A stretch of 64,000 bases of DNA from Candidatus Peregrinibacteria bacterium (lineage in GTDB: Bacteria; Patescibacteriota; Gracilibacteria; UBA1369), in contig OY970195.1 in the NCBI GenBank assembly GCA_963708185.1, positions 608,001 to 672,000 on the forward strand, in the 5' to 3' direction. The position numbers and the translations under genes are program-made. Below, piece after piece: positions 35,624 through 46,856 of the stretch. The notes under the pieces were generated by a model that was not told the DNA's origin, searched no databases, and saw nothing but the letters and a program-made list of their open reading frames with translations. How positions within the stretch are numbered: position 1 is the first letter of the stretch; every line of letters starts with the position of its first letter.

Positions 35624-37585
35624 TCAGGCTACAGCGATGTTCTTTTTTTGAGGTCCATAGTCTTCAGGACCGCTTAATGCGACGAGCATTTCCGCAACCC
35701 CAAAATTCCTGTCCCAGACGTTGGGATTATAGGGTCCCCGATCCGTCGTGATGAGTCCTCCCTGGTAAATATTCGTTCCGGAGTAGACATAAGGGCTGAC
35801 GTATCCCCTGTTGCGGTATCCCAATCCGTTATATTGTTCGGCAAAGGTCATCAGTTTTCCCGGATCCGTGGTGTCAGCTTTGATGCCCAATTTATCCCTT
35901 AATCCCGTGAACATACCCAGTGCGTCGATGGCTCCCGATTCCCAATCCGGAAAAGGTCCTCTCCCGGCAGGCACGTGCGTCGTTACTTTGTCCAATGGAT
36001 CGCCGTTGCCGAGGTAACGGTCAAAACGTTGTCCTGATTCACGCTGATGGATTGCCGCGATGAGCATCCATGGGATTCCAGTGGCATTTGCGACTCTTTG
36101 ATAACGCTCACGGTTGGCAAGCGTACGTTCACGAAACTCTTTCAAACGTTTTTGGTCTTGAGGCCTGATGCTCAGTTTTTCAAAATTAGAGCGGTGATCT
36201 TCCGCGATTTTTTCGTAATTTCTCGTCTTGCTGTTCGAAATGCCTTCAGGAGATTCCAAACTTCCGTTTGAAGCGTAAGCTTTATTGGTTTCGGAGGGCT
36301 TCTTGAGAGGATCGAGCATGGCAATCCTGTACTTCCTCCCCTCATCGGAAGTCAGGAGGGACGTTGAGGTGAGCGGGTTGATTCTGGAAAACTCAAAGTG
36401 CATCGAATCCGGCTTATTGGTCCATCTGCCTCCCCATTGAAACCCCACGGCTTCCATGGCATCCACGAATGCTTTGGGGACTCTCGTTTCCGGATTCAAA
36501 TTTGTCCATTGCTGATACTGAGGATTTTTTCCGGGATCAAAATCCATGGCCACGCCCCAAGTATGGTAACTCGGCGTGTTGGTTCCGGCGATGGGACGGG
36601 GATTGAAACACTGGATGACGTCAGGATCGAATTTGTATCCTTTGGCTTTCATCCGTGCTTCAGCCTCCTTAAGATACGGATAAATGAGCGCATTGATGCT
36701 GGGAATGGGCGTTCCCATAAAGTTCAACGGCCCTCCCGTGACAGGATCGACCGTGATGAGCCTTGCTCCGACCTGTTCCCAAAAATGGCGGTCGATGGCT
36801 TCATACCTTTGTCCGTTGATTTCCGTTCGTTCTTTCAACTGCGGAGGCGTATTGATACCGTATGGAGAAATGACCGGTACCAGGGGAGCACGGCGAGGCA
36901 CTTCCATCCTCCCGCCGTATCCCGTCGAGGCTGGGACCGCTCTTTTCGGAGGGTTGTAGATTTCCATATTTTCCGCGAACATACGTCGTTTCACGGCGAG
37001 ATCATCCGCAGCCTGCGTTTCGAGAATATCGATGGTCGTTCCGGTAAAGACCGGCACGTATTTGTAGACGCCTCTCTGCAACTCATTTTCGTCATAGTAG
37101 CCGATGCGGCCGTTGGCCGGGTTGATGGCGCGAACCGCTCTTTCAATGATTCTTCCGTCAGCATACTGAACGCGAATGGCCTTTGCAGAAATCGGGAGCA
37201 AATCGCCCGCCCCGACTTTACGTTCAGCGAGGTCGTTGCCTTTGAAGTCTACTTTGAAAGACATTTTTCCTTTCGCTTTCTGATCCCTGTCCAAGAAAAG
37301 AGCTGAGAGTAATTCATGTTTCTTGAGAGGATCTTTTTCGTTGACCGCTTCTTCAACGCCGGCCCTTCGGATTTCAGCGATGTTCTCGGTCTGGTCCCAT
37401 TGCGCGGCTTTTTTGGCGAACTCCGCTTTTTCTTTTGGATCAGCCTTTTCGAAACCTTCGATGAAGCCTTTCAGATCGGCACCGATTTCGCTCAGTTTTT
37501 TCCTTCCGGGCTCTACATCCGGAGACTGCGCAGCACCGGCAAATTTTTCTTTGCCTTTCTCTCCTTCGTCTTCAGGTTGCGGCAT
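35624..37585 (-). CDS. Two-domain peptidoglycan hydrolase: M15 peptidase plus lysozyme-like domain, with unknown N-terminal domain
   Basis: M15: RPIAG..PSYHTWGVAMD...WGGRW..DSMHFEF; lysozyme-like: IAAIHQRES, LGNGDPL, VPAGRGPF.DWE, EQYNGLGY, SPYVYSGT. Confidence 0.85.
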   Translation of the reverse strand: MPQPEDEGEKGKEKFAGAAQSPDVEPGRKKLSEIGADLKGFIEGFEKADPKEKAEFAKKAAQWDQTENIAEIRRAGVEEAVNEKDPLKKHELLSALFLDRDQKAKGKMSFKVDFKGNDLAERKVGAGDLLPISAKAIRVQYADGRIIERAVRAINPANGRIGYYDENELQRGVYKYVPVFTGTTIDILETQAADDLAVKRRMFAENMEIYNPPKRAVPASTGYGGRMEVPRRAPLVPVISPYGINTPPQLKERTEINGQRYEAIDRHFWEQVGARLITVDPVTGGPLNFMGTPIPSINALIYPYLKEAEARMKAKGYKFDPDVIQCFNPRPIAGTNTPSYHTWGVAMDFDPGKNPQYQQWTNLNPETRVPKAFVDAMEAVGFQWGGRWTNKPDSMHFEFSRINPLTSTSLLTSDEGRKYRIAMLDPLKKPSETNKAYASNGSLESPEGISNSKTRNYEKIAEDHRSNFEKLSIRPQDQKRLKEFRERTLANRERYQRVANATGIPWMLIAAIHQRESGQRFDRYLGNGDPLDKVTTHVPAGRGPFPDWESGAIDALGMFTGLRDKLGIKADTTDPGKLMTFAEQYNGLGYRNRGYVSPYVYSGTNIYQGGLITTDRGPYNPNVWDRNFGVAEMLVALSGPEDYGPQKKNIAVA

Positions 37586-37757
37586 GATGTACCAGACAAA
37601 TCTCATGATTTTCCAAGACACTAAAAATATCTCAATATTTTAGCATATTTTTGGCTTATTGACCATGTTTTTAGTTCCTGAGACAATGTGCTTGCGCGCA
37701 ACCACACCTGAAAAAGGTAAAAAAGTCGCGTTTTCCTTTATTTTCTCATCGAATCCC

Positions 37758-38090
37758 ATGTTCAAAAAAGTACAAATTTTTCACCAGTTCATGGAATCTT
37801 TCATAAAAATCTTCAATTTTACTTTTTTTGTGGCCTCGATCACGTTCTGGATTATTATCACCATCAAGAATATCTCCACCCAGCCGTTTGAAATCGGGCT
37901 GCTGTGGAGTGCTTTCAATGAGATGTATGGCCAGTTGTCTTTTAAAATCGGCTGTATTTTCCTGATTATCTTTAACGGATTCGCTTCGATCCGGGGGATT
38001 TTGCAGCAATATATGGACCTGGCCGAACAGGTTCAACACACCAACCGCATCAAGAGATTTCTCACGACACTTTTTTCAGGAAAGAAGTGA
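37758..38090 (+). CDS. Small 2-TM hypothetical membrane protein
   Basis: 110-aa ORF from ATG 37758 with two hydrophobic helices. Confidence 0.6.
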   Translation: MFKKVQIFHQFMESFIKIFNFTFFVASITFWIIITIKNISTQPFEIGLLWSAFNEMYGQLSFKIGCIFLIIFNGFASIRGILQQYMDLAEQVQHTNRIKRFLTTLFSGKK

Positions 38091-38111
38091 TCTTAGAATT
38101 GATTTTTTAGT

Positions 38112-38159
38112 TTGACATTCTCTGTTTTTTCGCTTAATTTAGGGCCACTCTAAATTAAG
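38112..38159 (+). promoter_or_regulatory. suf operon promoter with palindromic operator candidate
   Basis: TTGACA at 38112; perfect 10-7-10 inverted repeat CTTAATTTAG/CTAAATTAAG at 38133-38159 over the -10 region. Confidence 0.55.
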
Positions 38160-38170
38160 ACCGCCAAGGT

Positions 38171-38662
38171 ATGATATCAGGACTGCAACCATTCTCAAGA
38201 GAGCAAAAACACGGATTCCTCCAGTTCTCTCAAAAATTGGATTACGGGCTTTTCCTGCTTATGGAACTGGCGAGGAAACAGGTTAAAGATTCGGGTTTGA
38301 AAACTCTTGCCCCCCTTTCAATCAGGACTTTCTGTGAAGAAAACGGCATGTCTTTTTTCTTCATGCAGAAGGTCGCTTTTGAGCTCCGCAAAGCTGATAT
38401 CGTTCGCGCGGCTCGCGGAAAAAACGGCGGGTACGTCCTGGCAAAAGCCGCTTCCTCTCTTCCATTGAAAGACATCATCGAGGTTCTGGAAGGTCCGCTG
38501 ACCGTCATGCATTGTCTGGTCAGCGAAACCTCAAACTGTTCACGTCAGCCGCGCTGCCAGATGCGCCACGGGCTGGGAACCATCAATCAGGCCATCATTG
38601 ATATTTTTACTAATACGACATTATATAATTTACTTCATTCACCATGGAAACAAGCCGTATAA
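38171..38662 (+). CDS. Rrf2 family (IscR/SufR-like) transcriptional regulator
   Basis: DYGL, RGKNGGYVLA, DIIEVLEG, three Cys (HCL...NC...RC); heads the suf operon. Confidence 0.9.
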   Translation: MISGLQPFSREQKHGFLQFSQKLDYGLFLLMELARKQVKDSGLKTLAPLSIRTFCEENGMSFFFMQKVAFELRKADIVRAARGKNGGYVLAKAASSLPLKDIIEVLEGPLTVMHCLVSETSNCSRQPRCQMRHGLGTINQAIIDIFTNTTLYNLLHSPWKQAV

Positions 38663-39516
38663 ACCAAACTGCGCACAAAAAAATTGTTCAAACCGGAACG
38701 AATCGCGGTTTACCCCAAACTTTTTACAAAGACGTAACGCTCGAGATAAAAAATCTGAGTGTCGCCGTGGAAGGCAAAGATATCCTCAAAGACTTTTCTC
38801 TGACGATCAAATCAGGAGAAATGCATATCATCATGGGTCCGAACGGTTCAGGAAAAAGTACGCTCTGCAATGCGCTCATGGGCCATCCGAAATATGAAAT
38901 TACGGGAGGTGAAGCGTTGCTTAACGGCATTAACATTGTCGATATGGATCCGGACAAGCGTGCACAGCTCGGCATGTTCCTGGCGTTCCAGTATCCGCGT
39001 GAAATTCCCGGCATCACCTTCGGCAACTTTTTGCGCCACGCGGTAAACGCCATCCAGAAGGCCAATGATCCCGACGCCAAACCTTACGGTCCGGCAGAGT
39101 TCGTCCCGATCGTCCGACAACAGTTTGATGTCGTCAAAATGAACAGCCAGTTCATCGGACGCAGCGTGAACGAAGGATTTTCCGGTGGTGAGAAAAAACG
39201 TGCTGAAATCATCCAGATGGCCACACTTCAGCCAAAAATCGCCATGCTCGACGAAATCGATTCCGGACTGGACATTGACGCGCTCAAAATTGTCGCCGGC
39301 GGAATCCAGGAAGTTTTCGAAAGGATCAATATGGGAGTCCTGCTCATCACGCACTACCAAAGAATTTTGAACTACCTGAAACCGCAGTTCGTGCACATCA
39401 TGGTCAACGGCAAAATCGTTAAATCCGGCGGAAGCGAACTTGCGACGGAACTTGAAAAGAACGGCTATGAAAAGTTTATCGCCGCAGCCGCGAATGCCTG
39501 CGAGATCAAGCGTTAA
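38644..39516 (+). CDS. sufC: Fe-S assembly ATPase SufC
   Basis: MGPNGSGKSTL, FLAFQYP, NEGFSGGEKKR, ITHYQRIL. Confidence 0.98.
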   Translation: METSRINQTAHKKIVQTGTNRGLPQTFYKDVTLEIKNLSVAVEGKDILKDFSLTIKSGEMHIIMGPNGSGKSTLCNALMGHPKYEITGGEALLNGINIVDMDPDKRAQLGMFLAFQYPREIPGITFGNFLRHAVNAIQKANDPDAKPYGPAEFVPIVRQQFDVVKMNSQFIGRSVNEGFSGGEKKRAEIIQMATLQPKIAMLDEIDSGLDIDALKIVAGGIQEVFERINMGVLLITHYQRILNYLKPQFVHIMVNGKIVKSGGSELATELEKNGYEKFIAAAANACEIKR

Positions 39517-39546
39517 TTTCCTCTTTACACTCTAATTTTTACGACC

Positions 39547-40959
<1,413 letters not shown>

Positions 40960-40979
40960 TATTCATTTATTTTTCAAAC

Positions 40980-41699
40980 GTGAAAGGATTTCTAACGAAA
41001 AATCTGGAGACGGGAGCAACACAAACTTTTGAGGATATCGGGGAAGCGTTCGTTGTTCCAGCCGATACGAAGATGATCTGCATGGTTTCCGCCGCCAAAA
41101 CATGCAACGTCGTACTTCAGCAAAATTCGCAACTGACCTTTGTTCTTTTTGCGACAGAGGGTTGGGATGGTACGCCGAAAATCACTTTCGAATTCGCCGG
41201 GAAAAACAGCGAACTGCAATGTCTCGGCGTCATTGTCGGGACAAAGGAGATGAAATTTTCTTTTGAAACGATTTCACGCCACATCGTTCCGGAAACAAAA
41301 GCTTCATACCGTATCCGTGCCGCGATGTTTGATCGTTCCCTCGTCGATTACAAAGGCAATCTCATCATCACGAAGCCGGCGCAACTGACCGACACTTATC
41401 TTTCCCATGACACGCTGCTGCTTTCGGATTATGCACGTGCGAAAACGGTTCCGGCATTGGAAATTGAAGCTGACGACGTGAAGGCCGGCCATGCCGCGAC
41501 GATCGGAAAAGTCGATGAAGAGCTGATGTTCTACCTATTGAGCCGAGGCATCGAAAGCAAGGAGGCCGGACAGATGCTCATCAACGGTTTTTTTGAAAGC
41601 CAGCTGGCGCTGATTCCAGATGAAGAGATACGCGAAGGCCTTCAGAAAGCGATTGCCCAGGCCCTGCCTCTTCCGTCATTAGAATATGCAAATGTTTGA
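40980..41699 (+). CDS. sufD: Fe-S assembly protein SufD (short)
   Basis: LLLSDYARAKTVPALEIEADDVKAGHAATIG, FYLLSRGI. Confidence 0.9.
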   Translation: MKGFLTKNLETGATQTFEDIGEAFVVPADTKMICMVSAAKTCNVVLQQNSQLTFVLFATEGWDGTPKITFEFAGKNSELQCLGVIVGTKEMKFSFETISRHIVPETKASYRIRAAMFDRSLVDYKGNLIITKPAQLTDTYLSHDTLLLSDYARAKTVPALEIEADDVKAGHAATIGKVDEELMFYLLSRGIESKEAGQMLINGFFESQLALIPDEEIREGLQKAIAQALPLPSLEYANV

Positions 41700-42924
41700 G
41701 GTTCCAACCATAAAAAAAAGTTTTCCCATTTTTTCACGGCAGGTGAACGGAAAACCTTTGGTCTATCTGGATAACGCTTCGACGACCCAGAAACCGCAAG
41801 CAGTCCTTGATGCTCTGACAAACTACTACACCACCATCAACGCTAACGTGCACCGCGGCGTCCACACACTTTCGGAAGAAGCGACGGAAGCCTACGAAGG
41901 GGTACGGGCGAAGACCGCGGAATTTATCGGGGCGCGGGAGCCGGCCGAGATTGTTTTTACCCGCAATGCGACCGAGGCGATCAACCTTGTGGCTTATACC
42001 TGGGGGGAAAGGAACATCGAAGCCGGCGACGAAATCGTGGTGAGTGCGCTGGAACACCATTCCAACCTGGTGCCGTGGCAGGAACTTTGCCGCAGGAAGA
42101 AAGCTGTTTTGAGGGTTCTTCCCCTGGACGGAGATGCGGCGTTTGCTGACGGAAACATTGATGTTTCACGGCTTGGAGAGTTTGTCGGCGAAAAATGCAA
42201 ACTGGTCGCGGTAACGCAGATGTCCAATGTTCTGGGAACGATCGTTCCGCTGGAAAAAATTATCGAAGCCGCTCACAAGGTCGGAGCAAAAGTTCTCGTG
42301 GACGGAGCTCAGGGCGTTCCGCACCTCGGCATTGACGTCCAGAAACTCGACTGTGATTTTCTTGCTTTTTCAAGCCATAAAATGTTCGGGCCGACCGGCA
42401 CGGGCATTTTGTACGGCAAACGGGAACTGCTCGAAGCGATGCCTCCGTTTTTATTTGGCGGAGACATGGTGAAAGAGGTCGGCCCTTACCAGGCCAACTG
42501 GAACGAACTTCCCTGGAAGTTCGAAGCCGGCACGCCGAACATTGCCGACGTCATCGCGTTTGGTGCGGCCATAGATTTCGCGAAAAGTCTGGATGTTGAA
42601 GCGGTAAGACTGCACGATGAACAACTCGTAACCTACGCACGCCAAAAACTTTCAGGGTTTGCCGGTATGACGGTTTACGGCCCGGCCCGGTCGGGAGGGA
42701 TTGTTTCATTCAACGTTCCCGGGGTTCATCCGCATGACGTGGCGTCTATTCTGAACGAAGCCGGGGTTGCCATCCGGGCCGGCCATCACTGTGCTCAACC
42801 ACTGATGCAAAGGCTGAAAGTCCCGGCCACTAGCAGAATAAGTTTTTCGGTCTATAATAGCGAAGCCGACGTCGACGCGGCTTGTGAAGGACTCAACAAC
42901 GTTTACAAAATTTTCAAACTCTAA
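41686..42924 (+). CDS. sufS: Cysteine desulfurase SufS
   Basis: YLDNASTTQKP, EHHSNLVPW, SSHKM, RAGHHCAQP. Confidence 0.97.
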   Translation: MQMFEVPTIKKSFPIFSRQVNGKPLVYLDNASTTQKPQAVLDALTNYYTTINANVHRGVHTLSEEATEAYEGVRAKTAEFIGAREPAEIVFTRNATEAINLVAYTWGERNIEAGDEIVVSALEHHSNLVPWQELCRRKKAVLRVLPLDGDAAFADGNIDVSRLGEFVGEKCKLVAVTQMSNVLGTIVPLEKIIEAAHKVGAKVLVDGAQGVPHLGIDVQKLDCDFLAFSSHKMFGPTGTGILYGKRELLEAMPPFLFGGDMVKEVGPYQANWNELPWKFEAGTPNIADVIAFGAAIDFAKSLDVEAVRLHDEQLVTYARQKLSGFAGMTVYGPARSGGIVSFNVPGVHPHDVASILNEAGVAIRAGHHCAQPLMQRLKVPATSRISFSVYNSEADVDAACEGLNNVYKIFKL

Positions 42925-42925
42925 G

Positions 42926-43306
42926 ATGGATCTCTACGGCGAAATTATTCTGGACCACTACCAAAACCCCCATCATCACGGGAGGCTGGAATTTGCGACT
43001 CTTTCGGGCCGGGATTCCAATCCTTTATGCGGTGATCAGATCCAGCTGGACCTCATCACCGACCGTGACGGAGTCATCACCGACGCCGGTTTTACGGGCC
43101 AGGGTTGCGCCATCAGCCAGGCCAGCGCTTCGATGCTCACCGATGAACTCATCGGCAAAACGCTCTTCGAGGCCGTCCAGATGAACAGTGAAGATATCTA
43201 TAAAATGCTCAACGTTCCTCTGACCACAGCCAGGGTCAAATGCGCGCTGCTCTCTTTGGCCACTTTGAAAAAAACCATTACTTTGGAAAAACTTCAACAA
43301 TCATGA
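42926..43306 (+). CDS. sufU: SufU/IscU-type sulfur transfer protein
   Basis: ILDHY.NP, NPLCGD, GCAISQASASML, RVKCALL. Confidence 0.93.
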   Translation: MDLYGEIILDHYQNPHHHGRLEFATLSGRDSNPLCGDQIQLDLITDRDGVITDAGFTGQGCAISQASASMLTDELIGKTLFEAVQMNSEDIYKMLNVPLTTARVKCALLSLATLKKTITLEKLQQS

Positions 43307-43734
43307 GCGACATGAAACCAATTTTACCGCAGCAGGGACCTTCGTTTGGCATCCCCCACTATGATCCGCCAAAAGATGCATCATCCGGCGATGGGATCAA
43401 AACTCCGCAGATGGAAGCGGCGAAACGAGATTTTGACCAAACCAACCCCTACTACACTATTCTCAACATGGTCGTCGATCCCGAAGTCGGCGTGGGCATC
43501 GTGGACATGGGCCTCATTTACCACGTTGAAGAGCATGACGGCATCGTTGTCGTTACGATGACACTGACGTCAATGGGCTGTCCCGCCGGTCCCCAATTAA
43601 CAACCGATGTTGATGCCGTTTTACGGATGCAGGAAGGCGTGAAGGACGTTGAAATCGAGGTGGTCTGGGATCCGCCATGGAATCCGGACATGATGAATCC
43701 GGAAATCCGCCAGATGCTCTTTGGCGGATTCTAA
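43303..43734 (+). CDS. DUF59 Fe-S assembly factor (SufT-like)
   Basis: DPEVGVGIVDMGLIY, TLTSMGCP, VWDPPW. Confidence 0.9.
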   Translation: MSDMKPILPQQGPSFGIPHYDPPKDASSGDGIKTPQMEAAKRDFDQTNPYYTILNMVVDPEVGVGIVDMGLIYHVEEHDGIVVVTMTLTSMGCPAGPQLTTDVDAVLRMQEGVKDVEIEVVWDPPWNPDMMNPEIRQMLFGGF

Positions 43735-43751
43735 CGTCGGCCCATGAATCT

Positions 43752-44369
43752 CTATGCCGCGTCGGCGTAAGGAATTTCGCCGTCGGGTTCTTTTTTATTC
43801 ATGACTTTCTTTTCCTTTCCTTCGGTCTCTTTTTCTATTTTCAAAGTATCGAGATGATGGCGGACGCTTTCAAGAACGTTGCTTTTGGCGTTCCTGAGTT
43901 TTTCGATCGGTTCAAGAAAAGGAAGGATCGCTTCCACCTCGGGCTGGAAAACGCTCGCAATATAGACGCTCCATTTGGTTTTCTTCTTGTCCCATTCGTG
44001 CTTTTCGTTGATCTTTTCGTCGCGGTCTTCCGGCGACGCGTGTCCTTTGTATTGTAAGAGTCCCATTTCGATGAGTGTATTGAACCAGGCCGGCATCATC
44101 GGGACGGTCTCTTCGCCTTTGAGTACAGCCCACTGGACTGAATGCGGTAGCTTGTCCCAGCCTTTCCTGAAGGCTTTAAAAGCTTTGTTCTGGTTCAGCC
44201 ATTCACCGAATTTCTGCGCTTCGCGCTGGAGTGTTTTGTCATCACTGATGGATTCGAGATGTTCGGCCACTTTCTTCATCTTTTCAAGATCTTTGTCGTT
44301 TCCGTCTGCAGAAGTTTGTTCTGGATTTTTCATAATCATGGAACTTATGGATTGATCTTTTGGTTTCAT
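43752..44369 (-). CDS. Hypothetical charged protein
   Basis: 205-aa ORF coupled to the upstream ABC gene (1-nt overlap). Confidence 0.7.
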   Translation of the reverse strand: MKPKDQSISSMIMKNPEQTSADGNDKDLEKMKKVAEHLESISDDKTLQREAQKFGEWLNQNKAFKAFRKGWDKLPHSVQWAVLKGEETVPMMPAWFNTLIEMGLLQYKGHASPEDRDEKINEKHEWDKKKTKWSVYIASVFQPEVEAILPFLEPIEKLRNAKSNVLESVRHHLDTLKIEKETEGKEKKVMNKKEPDGEIPYADAA

Positions 44370-46243
44370 TATACACCCGTTTGCGGTTCAAGATTACTTG
44401 TTTCCGGGACCGTCGTCTCTGGAACAGACATCATGACGTGCTCAATGGAAGGTCCGGTTATTTCGTCTTCGTCGCTCAGGAATCCTCCAACCTGCATTTC
44501 GTAGAGTTTTTTATAGACTCCTCCTTCTTTTCGGACGAGATTGCGGTGCGTACCTTCTTCAACGATTTTCCCTCCGGCAAACACCAAAATTCTGTCAACG
44601 GATTTGATAGTACTGAGACGATGAGCGATGATGATGGACGTTTTGTTTTTGAGAAGATTTTTGAGAGCTTCCTGGATGAGTGATTCTGAATGTGAATCCA
44701 GTGAACTCGTGGCTTCATCCAAAATAACGATGGGACAGCCGGCAAGAATGGCTCGAGCAATGGCCACGCGTTGGCGTTCGCCGCCGGAAAGTTTCACTCC
44801 TCTCTCTCCCACAAGCGTTTCATATTTCCGGGGAAGCGTTTCTATAAACTTCGAAGCGTAAGCAAGGCCGGCGGCTTGTTCAATTTCCGTTGTGGTCGCG
44901 TCAGGTTTTCCATAGGCAATGTTCTCGCGCAGAGAACGGTGGAAGAGGATCGGGTCCTGGGGAACAAGTGCAATGTTCCGGCGAAGACTGGACTGAGTCA
45001 CTTTGGAAATGTCCTGTCCGTCGATAACAATGGCCCCGCTCTGGATGTTGTAGAGTCGCTGGATGAGTCTTACCAGTGTAGATTTTCCGCTGCCGCTGTG
45101 TCCGACCAGCGCGATTTTTTCACCGGGGTTGATGGTCAAAGTAAATTTCTTAAAAATATGATCCTTGTGAAACGGATAATGGAAATTCACATTTTTGAGC
45201 TCAATTTTTCCCCGATCGATTTTGAGCTGTTTCGCTCCCTTCGCGTCTTTGACTTCGATCGGCGTTTGTTGGAATTGCACGACGTCCTCGATATCGCTCA
45301 TGGCTTCCTGTAGATCACGAATGCGGTCGCCGATCGGACGGAAATATCCGGTGAACACCAGATAGCTTGAAAGGACGAACACAAAGTCGGCAATAGTAAG
45401 CATGCCTTTGTACCAAAACCAGATGGCTCCCGCGAAAAGGGAAAACTTGAGGATCATGATGAGAACGTTCTGAATGACGGCCACGATGTTGGAGCGGATC
45501 CAGGCCGTACGCGCGGAAATCCGCCATCGGTTGACGACTTTTTTGTAATATCCGAGTTCGCGTTTTTCACCGCCGAACGATTTGACGGTTGCGTTGCAGG
45601 AAATGGCATCGGCTAACGTGGCCCCGATACGATTGTCGTCCTTATTGGCCCGGCGGCGCTGCGGTGCAACGTAACCAAGCGCGAGGCTCACGCTGGTCGT
45701 TACGTAGACTGCGGTAAAAATTGCAAAGATGAGTCCAAGGAGCGGGTTCTTGAACGAAGTCATGAGGACGAGACCGATGACGACGCCCACCGCTGGATAG
45801 AGGTCGTAACAGACGATGTCGTAAAAGATGTGAGCCGAGCGCATGCCTCTCTTTATTTTTGTAACCGTTGATCCGGCAAAGCTGTTGTTGTGCCAGTCGG
45901 TGGAAAACTTTTGCACTTGATCGAGCGCTTCCGTGGATACTAGGGACTGGACCCCGGAATCCGTATAACAGTTAAAAAAGTTGGCAACACGGTAACTTAC
46001 ATGGAAGATGACCCCCTGCACCGCGATCATGAAAACCCAGAAAATTGCCTGCTGGAAACGTAAATCAACGCTCAGCTGGTCGTTCTGAATCACTCCGACG
46101 ATCTGCCCCATAATGAAAGGGTTCATCAGGTCCGCCACGTAGCTGAGCGTCACAAAGAAATATGCGGCAAAAACCATCCAGGGTCTTCGACGGAAATAGC
46201 TCCAAATAAACTGAATAATCTGTCTGTTCGAGACGGTCTTCAT
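44369..46243 (-). CDS. ABC exporter, fused permease/ATP-binding protein
   Basis: N-terminal TMD; GHSGSGKST, LSGGERQR, LDEATSSLD, IAHRLST. Confidence 0.95.
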   Translation of the reverse strand: MKTVSNRQIIQFIWSYFRRRPWMVFAAYFFVTLSYVADLMNPFIMGQIVGVIQNDQLSVDLRFQQAIFWVFMIAVQGVIFHVSYRVANFFNCYTDSGVQSLVSTEALDQVQKFSTDWHNNSFAGSTVTKIKRGMRSAHIFYDIVCYDLYPAVGVVIGLVLMTSFKNPLLGLIFAIFTAVYVTTSVSLALGYVAPQRRRANKDDNRIGATLADAISCNATVKSFGGEKRELGYYKKVVNRWRISARTAWIRSNIVAVIQNVLIMILKFSLFAGAIWFWYKGMLTIADFVFVLSSYLVFTGYFRPIGDRIRDLQEAMSDIEDVVQFQQTPIEVKDAKGAKQLKIDRGKIELKNVNFHYPFHKDHIFKKFTLTINPGEKIALVGHSGSGKSTLVRLIQRLYNIQSGAIVIDGQDISKVTQSSLRRNIALVPQDPILFHRSLRENIAYGKPDATTTEIEQAAGLAYASKFIETLPRKYETLVGERGVKLSGGERQRVAIARAILAGCPIVILDEATSSLDSHSESLIQEALKNLLKNKTSIIIAHRLSTIKSVDRILVFAGGKIVEEGTHRNLVRKEGGVYKKLYEMQVGGFLSDEDEITGPSIEHVMMSVPETTVPETSNLEPQTGV

Positions 46244-46266
46244 TGGTGATCGATGGTGTTAAACGT

Positions 46267-46821
46267 TTACGCTTTTTTTTCGTAAGTCAGGAACTCGAAA
46301 TCGATGTCGTTTTCGTGTTTTTTGCCGCTTCGGTCGATAATTTTGAAAAGGTGTTCGTCGATTGGAGGAAAGAAAGCATCACACTCAAAATGCTGATCGA
46401 GGCGGGTAAGGTAGATGGTCTGGCAATCGGGATGTTCAATGGCTTCGGCGTATACACGCGCGCCGCCAATGACGAAGACGTGTTCAATGAGTTTGGAATT
46501 GCAAATCTCCAAAGCCATTTCCAGAGAGTTTGCCCAAGCGGGAGCGGTCAAAGCGTTGGTGGTTTCTTTGAGAGGAGGTTGTTCGGCGGCAGCTTCCCGT
46601 GAAAGGATAATATTGTAACGGTCTTTGAGCGGCCGGTGTTTTTCCGGTATCGATTCCCACGTTTTCCTGCCCATGATGACGGCGTTTCTACAATAGGGAT
46701 CGTGCGTTTTGGTTGTTATCTCCGCAAAGTATTTCATGTCTGCAGGAAGCTTCCACACAATCGTGTTGTTTTTTCCGATTCCATTACGGCTATCCGCGGC
46801 TGCGATCAAAGAAAATTTCAT
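46267..46821 (-). CDS. folA: Dihydrofolate reductase
   Basis: GIGKNN..W.LPADM, VIMGRKTWESIP, RPLKDRYN, IGGARVY, CDAFFP; follows thyA. Confidence 0.95.
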   Translation of the reverse strand: MKFSLIAAADSRNGIGKNNTIVWKLPADMKYFAEITTKTHDPYCRNAVIMGRKTWESIPEKHRPLKDRYNIILSREAAAEQPPLKETTNALTAPAWANSLEMALEICNSKLIEHVFVIGGARVYAEAIEHPDCQTIYLTRLDQHFECDAFFPPIDEHLFKIIDRSGKKHENDIDFEFLTYEKKA

Positions 46822-46856
46822 TTTTCGTATAAAAATTTTATACAACCATTGTAAAA

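Noticed and set aside
34479-38090. Genomic island integrated at tRNA-Ile2
   Set aside because: No integrase or duplicated tRNA 3' end seen; the 10-nt ggcctgtagc echo at ~34442 is too short to be meaningful
35624-38090. Prophage lysis cassette (endolysin plus holin)
   Set aside because: The genes are divergent and no phage structural or replication genes are nearby
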